Source of the DNA: Proteobacteria bacterium UBA4457
GTDB lineage: Bacteria; Pseudomonadota; Gammaproteobacteria; Ga0077536
Assembly (NCBI GenBank): GCA_002390205.1
Contig: DGOV01000083.1
Location: forward strand, 1,788 to 65,787
Direction: 5' to 3'
Length of the DNA stretch: 64,000 bases
Shown here: positions 42,665 through 52,958 of the stretch, one piece after another
Numbering within the stretch: the first letter of the stretch is position 1
How the letters are laid out: the number at the start of each line of letters is the position of its first letter
Program-made: the position numbers and the translations under genes
The notes under the pieces: model-generated
Told to the model about the DNA's origin: nothing
Databases searched by the model: none
Seen by the model: the letters and a program-made list of their open reading frames with translations, nothing else

Positions 42665-44542
42665 ATGGCAACGGAAACACAAAAAGAAGAACGCGGATTT
42701 GAGTCGGAAGTACAACAGCTCCTCGACCTAGTCATAAACTCTCTGTATAGCAATAAGGAAATATTTTTACGCGAGCTTGTATCAAATTCTTCTGATGCCA
42801 TTGATAAATTGCGCTTTTTATCATTATCTGATGCTGGTCTTCTAGAAGGATTAGCGGAGCTTGAAATCACCATTGATTTTAATGAAAAAAAGAAAACAGT
42901 CACGATTAAAGATAACGGTATCGGGATGACCAAAGAAGAGGTTATTTCGAATCTGGGTACGATTGCTAAATCTGGAACAAAAGAGTTTTTTGGTGCACTT
43001 AGTGGAGATCAAACAAAAGACTCACAACTGATCGGACAATTTGGTGTTGGTTTTTATGCCGCATTTATTGTCGCGGATCGTGTAGTAGTGACGACCAGAA
43101 AAGCGGGGATTTCTGAAGATAAAGGCGTTCGTTGGGAATCTGAGGGCAAAGGGGCTTACACCGTGGAGACTGTCAGTGTAGAACAACGAGGCACTGAAAT
43201 TGTCTTACACCTCAAGAAAGAAGCTAAAGAATTTGCAGCTAACCACAGGCTGAGGAATATCTGCAAAAAATATTCAGATCATATATCTGTGCCTATAAGA
43301 ATGCCTTTAGTGGGTGATGAAGAAGGTTACGAAGTGATCAACGAAGCTACTGCTATGTGGCAAAAATCAAAAAGCGAATTAAAAGACGAAGATTATCAGA
43401 CGTTCTATAAACTCATCTCTCATGATTTCATGGATCCTTTGAAATGGGTTCATTCAAAAGTAGAAGGGAAAATAGAATACACAACGCTATTTTATATTCC
43501 TCAAATTGCTCCTTTTGACTTATGGGACAGAGAGGCAAAACACGGCGTGAAATTATACGTTCAGCGTGTCTTTATCATGGACGATGCGGAAGAGTTGTTG
43601 CCGCGATACTTAAGGTTCGTGAGAGGAGTGATAGACACTAATGAACTGCCTCTCAATGTATCACGAGAAATACTACAAAAAGATAAATCCTTAGACAAAA
43701 TTCGGACTGCTTCTATAAAGAAGATACTGGGGTTAATCGAGCGGCTAGCAAAAGGTGAATCTTATGAGAAATTCTGGAGCACATTTGGTAAGGTTCTGAA
43801 GGAAGGGATCATCGAGGACACAGTTAATCGGGAGCGGATAGCAAAGCTTCTTCGGTTTTCCTCAACAATAGATGACAATGAAAACCCAACGGTTTCCTTA
43901 AGTGACTATGTTTCTCGAATGGGAGAAGAACAGACCAATATTTACTATATTACGACTGAGAGCTTCTCTACCGCTAAGAACAGCCCGCATATTGAATATT
44001 TTCGTGGGCAAGGCACTGAGGTGTTGTTGCTGCATGATCAAATCGATGAATGGTTGGTTTCTCACTTAACTGAATTTGAAGGTAAAAACCTAAAATCTAT
44101 TGTGCATGCGGATTTAGAGGGGAAAAATGAAGAGGGAAAAGCAGACGAGAATGACGAGGCTAAAGAAATTGGTGAGCATGATGAGTTTTTTGCGAAAATA
44201 AAAGAAGCTTTGTCAGAAGAAGTGGAAGATGTTCGTTCGAGTAAGCGGTTAACAACGTCACCTGCATGCTTGGTTTCTAGCGCAGAGCAACCAAGTGCGA
44301 ATCTCGAGAGATTACTTCAAGCGGCCGGCCAAGAGGTGCCGAAGACCAAGCGGATTCTCGAGCTTAATATGGAGCACCCAGTTATTGCATTGGCCCAGGA
44401 AAATCAAGATTCTGCCGATCTAAAGGACTGGTCTGAAATGTTATATGAGCAGTCTATCCTCGCAGAAGGAGGAAAACTAGAAGATCCTTCAGGTTTTATT
44501 AAACGAATGAATGAGATGATGTTGAAGTTGTCCGGTGCATAA
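42665..44542 (+). CDS. htpG: Chaperone HtpG (Hsp90)
   Basis: LYSNKEIFLRELVSN, DNGIGMT, IGQFGVGFY, LPLNVSREILQ. Confidence 0.99.
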   Translation: MATETQKEERGFESEVQQLLDLVINSLYSNKEIFLRELVSNSSDAIDKLRFLSLSDAGLLEGLAELEITIDFNEKKKTVTIKDNGIGMTKEEVISNLGTIAKSGTKEFFGALSGDQTKDSQLIGQFGVGFYAAFIVADRVVVTTRKAGISEDKGVRWESEGKGAYTVETVSVEQRGTEIVLHLKKEAKEFAANHRLRNICKKYSDHISVPIRMPLVGDEEGYEVINEATAMWQKSKSELKDEDYQTFYKLISHDFMDPLKWVHSKVEGKIEYTTLFYIPQIAPFDLWDREAKHGVKLYVQRVFIMDDAEELLPRYLRFVRGVIDTNELPLNVSREILQKDKSLDKIRTASIKKILGLIERLAKGESYEKFWSTFGKVLKEGIIEDTVNRERIAKLLRFSSTIDDNENPTVSLSDYVSRMGEEQTNIYYITTESFSTAKNSPHIEYFRGQGTEVLLLHDQIDEWLVSHLTEFEGKNLKSIVHADLEGKNEEGKADENDEAKEIGEHDEFFAKIKEALSEEVEDVRSSKRLTTSPACLVSSAEQPSANLERLLQAAGQEVPKTKRILELNMEHPVIALAQENQDSADLKDWSEMLYEQSILAEGGKLEDPSGFIKRMNEMMLKLSGA

Positions 44543-44544
44543 AA

Positions 44545-45429
44545 TTGAATGTTTTCGATGTTGTCGCTATGGGAGCCGAACGCTTAGAAAAGGCTGACGT
44601 CCACTTTGGGCATGGTACTGATAATGCTAGTGATGAAGCGCTTTTTTTATCACTCCATGCGCTTGGCTACTCATACGATACGTCAGAAGACCTCCTTAGT
44701 GCGGAGCTGAGCGCGGATCAAGCTCTCAAAGTCAGCCAATGGATAGATAAACGTATCTCTTCCCGCAAGCCAGCTGCATACCTTACTGGTTATACTTGGT
44801 TCTGTGGGTATAAATTTTTAACTGACTTGAATACATTGGTTCCTCGGTCGCCATTCGCTGAATTAGTAGAGAATTTTTTTGAACCTTGGTGCGTCCCCGA
44901 TAATATAAAACACGTTTTAGAAATTGGAACTGGAGGTGGTTGTATCGCTATCGCAATAGCGAAGCAATTCAATAACGCCCTTGTTGATGCAAGTGATATT
45001 AGCGAGTTGGCGTTAGCTGTTGCAAAAAATAATGCTGATTATCATAAAGTGACTCATCAAGTAGAGTTTTATTGTGCTGACTTGTTCCCTGATACGGAGA
45101 AAAAGTATGACGTGATTGTTAGCAATCCGCCTTACGTGCCAAGTGATGTCTACGATAAGCTTCCTGTGGAATACCATGCGGAACCTAAACAAGCTCTATT
45201 AGCAGGGCAAGACGGTTTAGATTGTGTGACGCGTATCCTCGACCATGCTTACGATTTTTTATCCGATGAAGGTATGCTTTTCCTCGAAGTAGGGGAGATT
45301 TGGCGTGAATTAGAGGTCGCGTACCCATCGGTTCCATTTACATGGATAGAGTTCGCTCGAGGTGGAGAAGGCGTCTTCGTGCTCAGTAAGGAACAACTTT
45401 TAAGCCTACGCGCATCTAGGAAAGGTTAG
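44545..45429 (+). CDS. prmB: 50S ribosomal protein L3 N5-glutamine methyltransferase
   Basis: HFGHGTDNA.DEA, PAAYLTG, VPRSPFAELV, NPPY; upstream of aroC. Confidence 0.95.
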   Translation: MNVFDVVAMGAERLEKADVHFGHGTDNASDEALFLSLHALGYSYDTSEDLLSAELSADQALKVSQWIDKRISSRKPAAYLTGYTWFCGYKFLTDLNTLVPRSPFAELVENFFEPWCVPDNIKHVLEIGTGGGCIAIAIAKQFNNALVDASDISELALAVAKNNADYHKVTHQVEFYCADLFPDTEKKYDVIVSNPPYVPSDVYDKLPVEYHAEPKQALLAGQDGLDCVTRILDHAYDFLSDEGMLFLEVGEIWRELEVAYPSVPFTWIEFARGGEGVFVLSKEQLLSLRASRKG

Positions 45430-45477
45430 AATACTTTTATTGGTTAAATATTTAATTACGCTGGTACAATAAAGCCT

Positions 45478-46548
45478 ATGTCTGGAAATACGAATGGAAA
45501 GTTACTTACGCTAACCACAGCAGGCGAAAGTCATGGTTTGGGGTACCTTGGAATCCTGGATGGGTGTCCGCCGGGACTGTGCATTAGTGAGTCTGATTTA
45601 CAAGCAGATTTAGATAGACGGAAGCCAGGTAGTTCTAGACACACTACTCAGCGCAGGGAAGATGATTGTGTCACTATCATTTCTGGAGTCTATGAGGGAG
45701 TTACTACAGGTACACCAATTGGTTTGCTGATAAATAATACCGATCAAAAGTCGAAAGATTATTCTGCGATCGAGGACAAATTTAGACCTGGGCACGCGGA
45801 TTACACTTACTGGAAGAAGTATGGTGTTCGTGATCCTCGTGGGGGAGGTAGAGCTTCTGCGCGTGAGACATGCATGCGAGTAGCAGCCGGGGCAGTTGCT
45901 AAAAAATTCCTGAGCAGTAATTATGGCGTCTCTATTTTAGGGTACCTAGCTCAGTTAGGACCTATTAAACTTAATTTAGACGATAAGAATGCGATCAATA
46001 GTAATGATTTCTTTTGCGGACAGCCAGATAAGATAAGTGAGCTAGAAACGTTTATGGATTCTTTGCGAAAAGAAGGAGAATCTATCGGGGCCAGAGTAGG
46101 TGTTTTAGCCACGGGTGTTCCCGTAGGATGGGGTGAGCCTGTTTTCGATCGGTTGGATGCTGATATCGCAAAAGCGATGATGGGGATTAACGCTGTTAAA
46201 GGTGTGGAAATTGGTGATGGGTTTGCGGTCATTGAACAAAAAGGAACTGGTCATAGGGACGAAATAGACGGTCAAGGGTTTAGAAGCAATCATGCAGGTG
46301 GAGTTTTAGGAGGCATTTCAAGTGGCCAAGATATTCTGGTTAGCGTGGCACTCAAGCCAACATCGAGTATCCGGATAGAAGGCGACACTATAGATAAAAA
46401 AGGCAAGCCTGCAACTATAAAAACGCTAGGACGGCACGACCCTTGCGTTGGAATACGTGCAGTACCTATTGTTGAGGCCATGCTTGCGCTTGTTCTAATG
46501 GACCACTGTTTACGGGATCGCGGCCAGAATCCCGAAAATAGCATTTAG
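45478..46548 (+). CDS. aroC: Chorismate synthase
   Basis: [35 protein letters not shown]. Confidence 0.98.
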   Translation: MSGNTNGKLLTLTTAGESHGLGYLGILDGCPPGLCISESDLQADLDRRKPGSSRHTTQRREDDCVTIISGVYEGVTTGTPIGLLINNTDQKSKDYSAIEDKFRPGHADYTYWKKYGVRDPRGGGRASARETCMRVAAGAVAKKFLSSNYGVSILGYLAQLGPIKLNLDDKNAINSNDFFCGQPDKISELETFMDSLRKEGESIGARVGVLATGVPVGWGEPVFDRLDADIAKAMMGINAVKGVEIGDGFAVIEQKGTGHRDEIDGQGFRSNHAGGVLGGISSGQDILVSVALKPTSSIRIEGDTIDKKGKPATIKTLGRHDPCVGIRAVPIVEAMLALVLMDHCLRDRGQNPENSI

Positions 46549-46616
46549 GCCGTGAACCGAATCAATCTAGTAGTTATGAGGAGATGGTACTCTTCCTTTT
46601 GTCTTCCTGAGCTCCT

Positions 46617-47693
46617 ATGAGTCTTCCAACATCACTTTCTCGGATTATAGAGCAAATACTAACCGCCCAAGCTAATAAAAAACCTTTGCGTATCGTAGGT
46701 GGAGACACGAAAAAATTCCTTCGCAAAGGGGCTGTTTCCGAGACCCTGTCGACGCTGGAACACTCTGGCATTATATCTTATCAACCCTCTGAATTAGTGA
46801 TTACCGCGAAATCAGGAACAAAGCTATCTGATATTGAATTGGAATTAGACAAGAGCGATCAGATGCTTGCTTTTGAACCTCCTAGATTAGGTTCGCTGAC
46901 TACGATTGGAGGGGTCGTATCCTCTGGATTTTCTGGCCCATCCATGCCTTATCGTGGGAGCGTCAGAGATTATGTTTTAGGAGTGAAACTCATTACTAGC
47001 AAAGGTGCTGCACTTCGTTTTGGAGGCGAAGTAATTAAAAACGTAGCGGGCTACGATATTTCAAGATTAGTGAGTGGGGCATTCGGGAGTTTGGGAGTGA
47101 TAAGTGAGGTGTCATTGCGTGTCATACCGAAAACCACTTCAGAACTAGGTCTTGAATGGACTAGTCTATCTTATTCTGAAGCGTGGTCGATGATGTTAGC
47201 CTTGGCTAAAAAGCCCTGGCCTATTACGGGTATGGCGTGGGCTGAAGATGTTCTGAGAGTTAGAGTGTCGGGCAGTCTTGAGGCGGTAAATGACGCGAAG
47301 AGACGTCTTTCCCCAAGTGAAGTTACAACTGATTTACAATATTGGAAAAACCTGCGCGATTATTCCTTACCAGCAATGCGTCCGAGAGAAAATCTTTCAC
47401 TTTGGCGAATCGCACTAGCTCGTGGAATTGATGGACCAGATGAAAAAATAGCATGGTCTGATTGGGGTGGGTCTCAGCGTTGGGTTTGGACGGAGGTCAG
47501 CGGGGGCGATGCTATGCGTGACTTCTGCGTTGAGAATGGCGGACATGCAACATGCTTTTATAGAGGGCAGAACGAATCCTCCTCAGTTTTTACGAGCCCT
47601 TTGCCTTTAGTCAAAAACTTAATGATAAGGCTGAAAAGTGGATTCGATGATCGACAAATATTCAACCCAAGAGAATATTTTGATTGGATGTGA
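46617..47693 (+). CDS. glcE: Glycolate oxidase FAD-binding subunit GlcE
   Basis: YQPSELVITA, MLAFEPP, FGGEVIKNVAGYDISRL, FNP near the C-terminus. Confidence 0.9.
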   Translation: MSLPTSLSRIIEQILTAQANKKPLRIVGGDTKKFLRKGAVSETLSTLEHSGIISYQPSELVITAKSGTKLSDIELELDKSDQMLAFEPPRLGSLTTIGGVVSSGFSGPSMPYRGSVRDYVLGVKLITSKGAALRFGGEVIKNVAGYDISRLVSGAFGSLGVISEVSLRVIPKTTSELGLEWTSLSYSEAWSMMLALAKKPWPITGMAWAEDVLRVRVSGSLEAVNDAKRRLSPSEVTTDLQYWKNLRDYSLPAMRPRENLSLWRIALARGIDGPDEKIAWSDWGGSQRWVWTEVSGGDAMRDFCVENGGHATCFYRGQNESSSVFTSPLPLVKNLMIRLKSGFDDRQIFNPREYFDWM

Positions 47694-47702
47694 GGAGAAG
47701 AT

Positions 47703-48920
47703 ATGCGTGCCCGATTAGCCGAATCTAACAGCTCAAAATCTTTCGCTCTTGCTGCGACAGAAATCATACGTTCATGTGTTCATTGTGGGATGTGTAACGC
47801 TTCCTGTCCGACGTATCAGTTGACGGGTGATGAACTGGAGGGCCCCCGTGGGCGTATTTATCTAATTAAAGGGATACTTGAGACTGGCGAGACGTCAGAT
47901 GTCGCTCGAACACATCTTGATCAATGCTTGGTTTGCAGGAGTTGTGAAGCCTCATGCCCCTCTGGCGTAAAGTATGGGGAGTTACTAGAGCTGACCAAGC
48001 CGCACATAGAGTCTTCCAATCGCAGTCCACTTCGATTAAGGATAAAACGGTATTTGATCGTTCAAATAGTTCCCAACAAGGTATTGTTTTCAATGTTTTT
48101 CGCGGTGGGACGGCTTTTAAAGCCGCTGCTCTCTTCTAATTTGAAGATACTTATTCCTGAGCGTGCATCTTTGCAAGCGTCGCGCAGAGTCGCACATAAA
48201 AGGAAAGCACTCTTGCTTTCGACGTGTGCACAATCAGTAGTGCGGCCGAGCATAGATACTGCGGCTATTAAAATTTTTGATCGTCTTGGGATTACCCTAA
48301 TTCCGGTTGCAGGGGCAGGTTGTTGTGGGGCATTAGCCTTACACTGTGGCTATGAAGAAAAGGCTATTGTTCAAGCGAAAGCAAACATTGATGCTTGGTG
48401 GCCTTATATCGAGCTAGGAGCTGAATCTATCATTGCCACGTCTTCAGGTTGTGGCCTGCAACTTAAAGGGTATGAAAGATTATTGAAAGAATTCCCAGAT
48501 TACAGCGCGAAATCGAAATATCTAGCGGGCTTGATTAAAGATCCTATAGAATTGATAGACGATCAAAAACTGTCGGCAGTTACTAAAGATTCAGATCGTT
48601 GCAGTATCGCTTTTCAGTCGCCTTGTTCTCAACAACACGGACTTAAGATTAATGGACGGGTTGAAGCTGTGCTCGAGAGGTTAGGTTGGAATTTCACTAA
48701 GGTGAAGGATCCGCACTTATGTTGCGGTTCAGCAGGGAGCTACTCAATTCTCTATCCAGAAACCTCGGCTAGATTAAGAGAAGAAAAACTCAATGCCTTA
48801 AGCCAAGGGAGCCCAGAGCTGATAGTCACTGCAAACATCGGATGCCAGCTTCATTTAGGGGCTAAGAGTGCAGTGCCAGTTATCCATTGGCTCGAGCTAA
48901 TTGAAAGAGAATTGAATTAA
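47703..48920 (+). CDS. glcF: Glycolate oxidase Fe-S subunit GlcF
   Basis: CVHCGMCNASCP, GPRGRI, CLVCRSCEASCP, two CCG domains, TANIGCQLHL. Confidence 0.92.
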   Translation: MRARLAESNSSKSFALAATEIIRSCVHCGMCNASCPTYQLTGDELEGPRGRIYLIKGILETGETSDVARTHLDQCLVCRSCEASCPSGVKYGELLELTKPHIESSNRSPLRLRIKRYLIVQIVPNKVLFSMFFAVGRLLKPLLSSNLKILIPERASLQASRRVAHKRKALLLSTCAQSVVRPSIDTAAIKIFDRLGITLIPVAGAGCCGALALHCGYEEKAIVQAKANIDAWWPYIELGAESIIATSSGCGLQLKGYERLLKEFPDYSAKSKYLAGLIKDPIELIDDQKLSAVTKDSDRCSIAFQSPCSQQHGLKINGRVEAVLERLGWNFTKVKDPHLCCGSAGSYSILYPETSARLREEKLNALSQGSPELIVTANIGCQLHLGAKSAVPVIHWLELIERELN

Positions 48921-48949
48921 TAAAGATTTTGCTGTTCGAGCTCTAATAA

Positions 48950-49705
48950 TCAGTATATTCTCAGTATTGCGGCATCACCTTCGCCATCGATGAAATCATC
49001 AAATCCATCACCAGGAGGATTACCATCATATAAAGAGTACTCTCTCTGCTGGCGCCAAGCTTCTCTTACGAAGGCATAAGGATCTAGCGCAGCTTGATCT
49101 CTTAATCGACTGGCTTCGAGCAGATTCGCACGTGAATTAATTGCACGCACAACTCCGGCCGGAACTGTTACTACTGCAGCTAAATAAGTTAAGGGATTGG
49201 TGAAAATACTCATTACCGGCGCAGAAACGTCTCTGTAGGAGCTTGGCCCCATAAAAGGAAGAGTCAGATAAGCTCCTTGGTCCGCGCCCCATTTTCCGAG
49301 TGTTTGTCCCAGATCTTCTTTGCGCAAAGGCATCCCTAGCGCAGTCGCTGGATCAAATAGTCCTCCGATTCCTAGAGTACTATTTACTATAAATCTTCCT
49401 GTATCTTTAAAGAAATCCTTAGGTTTTCCTTGCAATATATCGTTTGTGATCGTGTTCAGATAGCTTGCATTATCGAAGAAATTTGTCACACCTTTTCGTA
49501 CTACTGCGGGTGTCACAGCTACGTATTTTTCAGCGACAGGCTCTATAAATTTTTTGTCCAACGTATCATTGAAGGCGTAAATTTTTCTATTTATAGGCTC
49601 GTGAGGATCATTGTTAGATGTTTTCGATGTCGAGGCACAGCCGGTAAACAGTACGATGCACAAAGTACTTAATAGACATTTCAGCTGTATATGATTCTTT
49701 AACAT
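48950..49705 (-). CDS. mlaA: VacJ/MlaA family lipoprotein (hopanoid cluster-associated)
   Basis: Lipobox FTGC, DPHEPINRKIY, NSTLGIGGLFD, EDLGQTL, LPFMGPSSYRD, DPYAFVR. Confidence 0.92.
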   Translation of the reverse strand: MLKNHIQLKCLLSTLCIVLFTGCASTSKTSNNDPHEPINRKIYAFNDTLDKKFIEPVAEKYVAVTPAVVRKGVTNFFDNASYLNTITNDILQGKPKDFFKDTGRFIVNSTLGIGGLFDPATALGMPLRKEDLGQTLGKWGADQGAYLTLPFMGPSSYRDVSAPVMSIFTNPLTYLAAVVTVPAGVVRAINSRANLLEASRLRDQAALDPYAFVREAWRQQREYSLYDGNPPGDGFDDFIDGEGDAAILRIY

Positions 49706-49780
49706 TTAGTTTAGTCTCCCTTCGTGTCCTTGATTTCCCATATTACCTTAATCGCACGGGCGGGCACCATATTTTTCTTT

Positions 49781-50398
49781 CTAACCTAATTCTTTCAGGG
49801 CCTCGATCTTCGTTGTTAATTGCCGAAGGAGACTTTTAATGCCATCTTTTTCCATTATGTAAGAATATTCAGCTTTCTTAAGGGCTAGGTCTGAGACTCC
49901 TTCCGAAATCACATTTACGATAAGCCAGCCTTGTGAATTTTTTCTCAGGAGGTATTTCAGTGAGGTCCTGTCTCCGTTGTCCGATACCAGGGTAGTACTT
50001 AGGGAAAGGGAGTTGTTTCTTGATTTTCGTTCAACAATTACAAATTTCTGACCGGAGTAGTTTGAAAAGTGATGCGCGTAGGTTGATATGCTGAGCGATC
50101 GCATGACGCTCACGAACTCCTGTTGATCCTCATGGGACAGTACTCCCCATTTTTCCCCGAGGACTACTTTACTGATTAGTGGAAAGTTAAAACTTTCACT
50201 CACAACGTTTCTGATTATGTCTATTCGGCCGGCATGGCCCAAGCTCTTTTCAGATTTCATTGCTGTTAGAAGCACTTCGTGCAAATTGACGACTATTTCC
50301 TCGCCCCCGAGCGAGCGATCTCCTCCCCAACCAGGAGCACTAAATAGGCACAGAATAGAAAAAATTATGGTTGTTCGATAGAAATTGGCTTTACCCAT
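49781..50398 (-). CDS. hpnM: MlaC/Ttg2D-family periplasmic lipid carrier (HpnM-like)
   Basis: Signal peptide, VLGEKW, YAHHFSNYSG, W.IVNVISEGVSDLALKKAEY; in the hopanoid cluster. Confidence 0.82.
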   Translation of the reverse strand: MGKANFYRTTIIFSILCLFSAPGWGGDRSLGGEEIVVNLHEVLLTAMKSEKSLGHAGRIDIIRNVVSESFNFPLISKVVLGEKWGVLSHEDQQEFVSVMRSLSISTYAHHFSNYSGQKFVIVERKSRNNSLSLSTTLVSDNGDRTSLKYLLRKNSQGWLIVNVISEGVSDLALKKAEYSYIMEKDGIKSLLRQLTTKIEALKELG

Positions 50399-50422
50399 AT
50401 GGCATCCTGATTAGAATATTTA

Positions 50423-51538
50423 TTAATTCACTTTACGGTACGTTCTATTTTTCCAACGTGTCCGTTCACCACGCCAGTAGCGAATGGCGGAAGTCCACGT
50501 CATAGCTAAGAACAGCGAACTAGCAAACGGTAAAGAGAAAACCCAGAAAGATGAGCATCGGTAATGTCTTATAGTGGGCAAGTATGCGAGACACATCACT
50601 ATCAGACTTATTGCGGACAATAGTCGAACATAGCTATTATCGGATAGAATTCCAGCCAACGGCGTTAGAAAAGTGATCACCAAGAGTGCAGAGCAGAGTA
50701 GAAGCAAAGGTAGTGAATATTTTAGTTGTGTGAATGCAGTTCTCGCGACCATGTTCCATATGTTGGATAAAGTGCCATAAGGGCGAATAGCCTCAACATC
50801 GTGGCTGAGTCCGATCCACGTCCGGCCTCCTGCTTTTTTAATCAGTTTTGCAAGTGTGCAATCATCAATGATCGCATCGTGTAGTGCTGTAAAACCTCCT
50901 ATATCGTCCAACTTTGATGCCTTTATTAGAATGCAGCCGCCAGCTGCACCCGCAATCTTGGAGTTTGGATCATTACTTAATGCAAAAGGATAGATAAGTT
51001 TGAAAAAAAAGATAAAAGCGGGAAGCAAAAGTTTTTCCCATAGGTTCGCTATGGGTAACATAGCCATTATGGAGACAAGGTCTAAGTTCTTTTTTTGTTG
51101 AAGCCGGAAGAGGTCTGTTAGAGCTTGGGGAGCGAGCCTTATATCAGCATCCAGCAAAAGCAAATAAGGTGTTGAGATCTTCTTCCTACCCTGCTCTAAG
51201 GCCCAGAGCTTTCCTGTCCAGCCTGGAGGGGGAGGTTGACCTTCTACCAAACTAAGATTTTTTATATTGAGGTTTGTAACGGCGCTCGCTGTCTCATCCG
51301 TACTTTGATCATCTATCACAACGATCCCGCCCAGAGAGCCTTGCGACGCTAAAGCCAAAATAGTTTCTACTATGCATTCTGCCTCATCTCTTGCAGGTAT
51401 CAACGCAGTAATATGGGCGAGGGAAGGAGTACTTTTATCAACTCTTTCTAATTTCTCGCTCGTAGACCATGGGCGCCAAGGCAAGCACAATAGCGTTAGC
51501 CAAAGTATTACCGAAATTGAGGAAAGAGCTATTAGCAT
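50423..51538 (-). CDS. hpnB: Hopene-associated GT2 glycosyltransferase HpnB
   Basis: IPARDEA, DDQSTD, PPGWTGKLWAL, LDAD, AGAAGGCIL, IIDDCTLA, WNMVARTAFTQL. Confidence 0.85.
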   Translation of the reverse strand: MLIALSSISVILWLTLLCLPWRPWSTSEKLERVDKSTPSLAHITALIPARDEAECIVETILALASQGSLGGIVVIDDQSTDETASAVTNLNIKNLSLVEGQPPPPGWTGKLWALEQGRKKISTPYLLLLDADIRLAPQALTDLFRLQQKKNLDLVSIMAMLPIANLWEKLLLPAFIFFFKLIYPFALSNDPNSKIAGAAGGCILIKASKLDDIGGFTALHDAIIDDCTLAKLIKKAGGRTWIGLSHDVEAIRPYGTLSNIWNMVARTAFTQLKYSLPLLLLCSALLVITFLTPLAGILSDNSYVRLLSAISLIVMCLAYLPTIRHYRCSSFWVFSLPFASSLFLAMTWTSAIRYWRGERTRWKNRTYRKVN

Positions 51539-51589
51539 AGGAGTCTATACCTCCGGGTGTCGCGGCGGCGTCTAGAACGGAAGCTTTTG

Positions 51590-52726
51590 TTAAGCGACTT
51601 CTCTTTTTTCCGTACCAGCTTTTTCTATAGTATTTCCCATTGGGATAATAGTCTGAGACTCAGCTTCAGGCTCTTCTTCATAGTAGAATGGCACCTCTGG
51701 TGCAAGATCTCCTTGAGTCTTTGGACCAGCTAAAAATACTTTCAGTGCCTTAAGCGGGTTGTTAAACGTATCGTCAACCGCAGTCGCTTCATATCCGCAA
51801 TGAACCATGCAGTCAGCGCACTTTGGATTAACGCCAGTCCCGTATTTATCCCACTCGGTATCGTTTAACAACTCATCGAATGTGGACGCGTAGCCTTCTC
51901 CTACGAGCAGGTAACACGGTTTCTGCCACCCAAAAACATTCCGAGTGGGGTTCCCCCAAGGGGTACAGTGATAGGTCTGGTTTCCGGCCAAAAAATCTAA
52001 ATATAAGGTAGATTGATTAAAGCGCCATTTTTTGCCCTTGCCCGCTTTAAATATATCTCTAAACAGATTTTTACTCGCTGATTTTTTAAGAAAGACGTCT
52101 TGCTTTGGGGCTCTTTCATAGGAATAGCCGGGAGATATGGTGACGCCTTCTACGCCAAGAGCCATCATTTCGTCCATAAAGTCACTTACTTCATCTGGTG
52201 TTTCACCTTGGAACAACGTGCAGTTCACAGTGACGCGAAAGCCTCGTTGAAGTGCTTTTTGAATGACGCTTACGCACTTATCATATACGCCTTTTCGGCA
52301 TACAGACGCATCATGTCGTTCTCGACCTCCGTCCAAATGTATAGAAAATGTAAGGTATTTTGACGGCTCATACGAATCCATGTGCTTATCAAGAAGAATG
52401 GCGTTAGTACACAAATAAACAAATTTCTTTCGATCGAGATATCCTTGCACTATCTGCCGCATTTCTTTGTGTATGAGAGGTTCTCCACCTGCAATAGAGA
52501 CCATTGGTGCTCCGCACTCATCGATGGCTTCCATACATTTTTCATAGCTCAGGCGCTTGTTAAGTATGTCAGACGGATAGTCTATTTTTCCACAACCAGA
52601 ACAAGCTAGATTACAACGGAATAATGGCTCTAGCATTAAGACGAGTGGATACCTCTTAACGCGTTTCAGTTTTTGGCTGAGAATATATCGACCTACTCGA
52701 TATTGCTGGATTAGTGGGACACCCAT
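51590..52726 (-). CDS. hpnH: Radical SAM adenosylhopane synthase HpnH
   Basis: YPLVLMLEPLFRCNLACSGCGKI (CX3CX2C), CTPWGNPT, WQKPCYL, KCADCMVHCGYE. Confidence 0.95.
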   Translation of the reverse strand: MGVPLIQQYRVGRYILSQKLKRVKRYPLVLMLEPLFRCNLACSGCGKIDYPSDILNKRLSYEKCMEAIDECGAPMVSIAGGEPLIHKEMRQIVQGYLDRKKFVYLCTNAILLDKHMDSYEPSKYLTFSIHLDGGRERHDASVCRKGVYDKCVSVIQKALQRGFRVTVNCTLFQGETPDEVSDFMDEMMALGVEGVTISPGYSYERAPKQDVFLKKSASKNLFRDIFKAGKGKKWRFNQSTLYLDFLAGNQTYHCTPWGNPTRNVFGWQKPCYLLVGEGYASTFDELLNDTEWDKYGTGVNPKCADCMVHCGYEATAVDDTFNNPLKALKVFLAGPKTQGDLAPEVPFYYEEEPEAESQTIIPMGNTIEKAGTEKREVA

Positions 52727-52958
52727 GCGATTTTCCTAGTTTTGAGGAGAAATTGTATATGATTATTATATATTTACGACGTATTTTATATATATTACTA
52801 ACAGTACTGTAATAGAGCGTGAAAGTACAGCTTTGTTGCAGGGGAAAAGTGTTAAAATACTTTCAGAGAGAAAGAAGGTTAGCTTGCAACCAAGCGGTCT
52901 GCTCTCCATAATTCACACCCTAGGGTAATTGCTGGCAAATTGTGAGAAAAATAAGAAT

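Noticed and set aside
29683-49766. Shared GGCGGGCAC motif upstream of lptD (about 29683) and mlaA (about 49758)
   Set aside because: Only two 9-bp occurrences with no recognisable sigmaE architecture; chance cannot be excluded.
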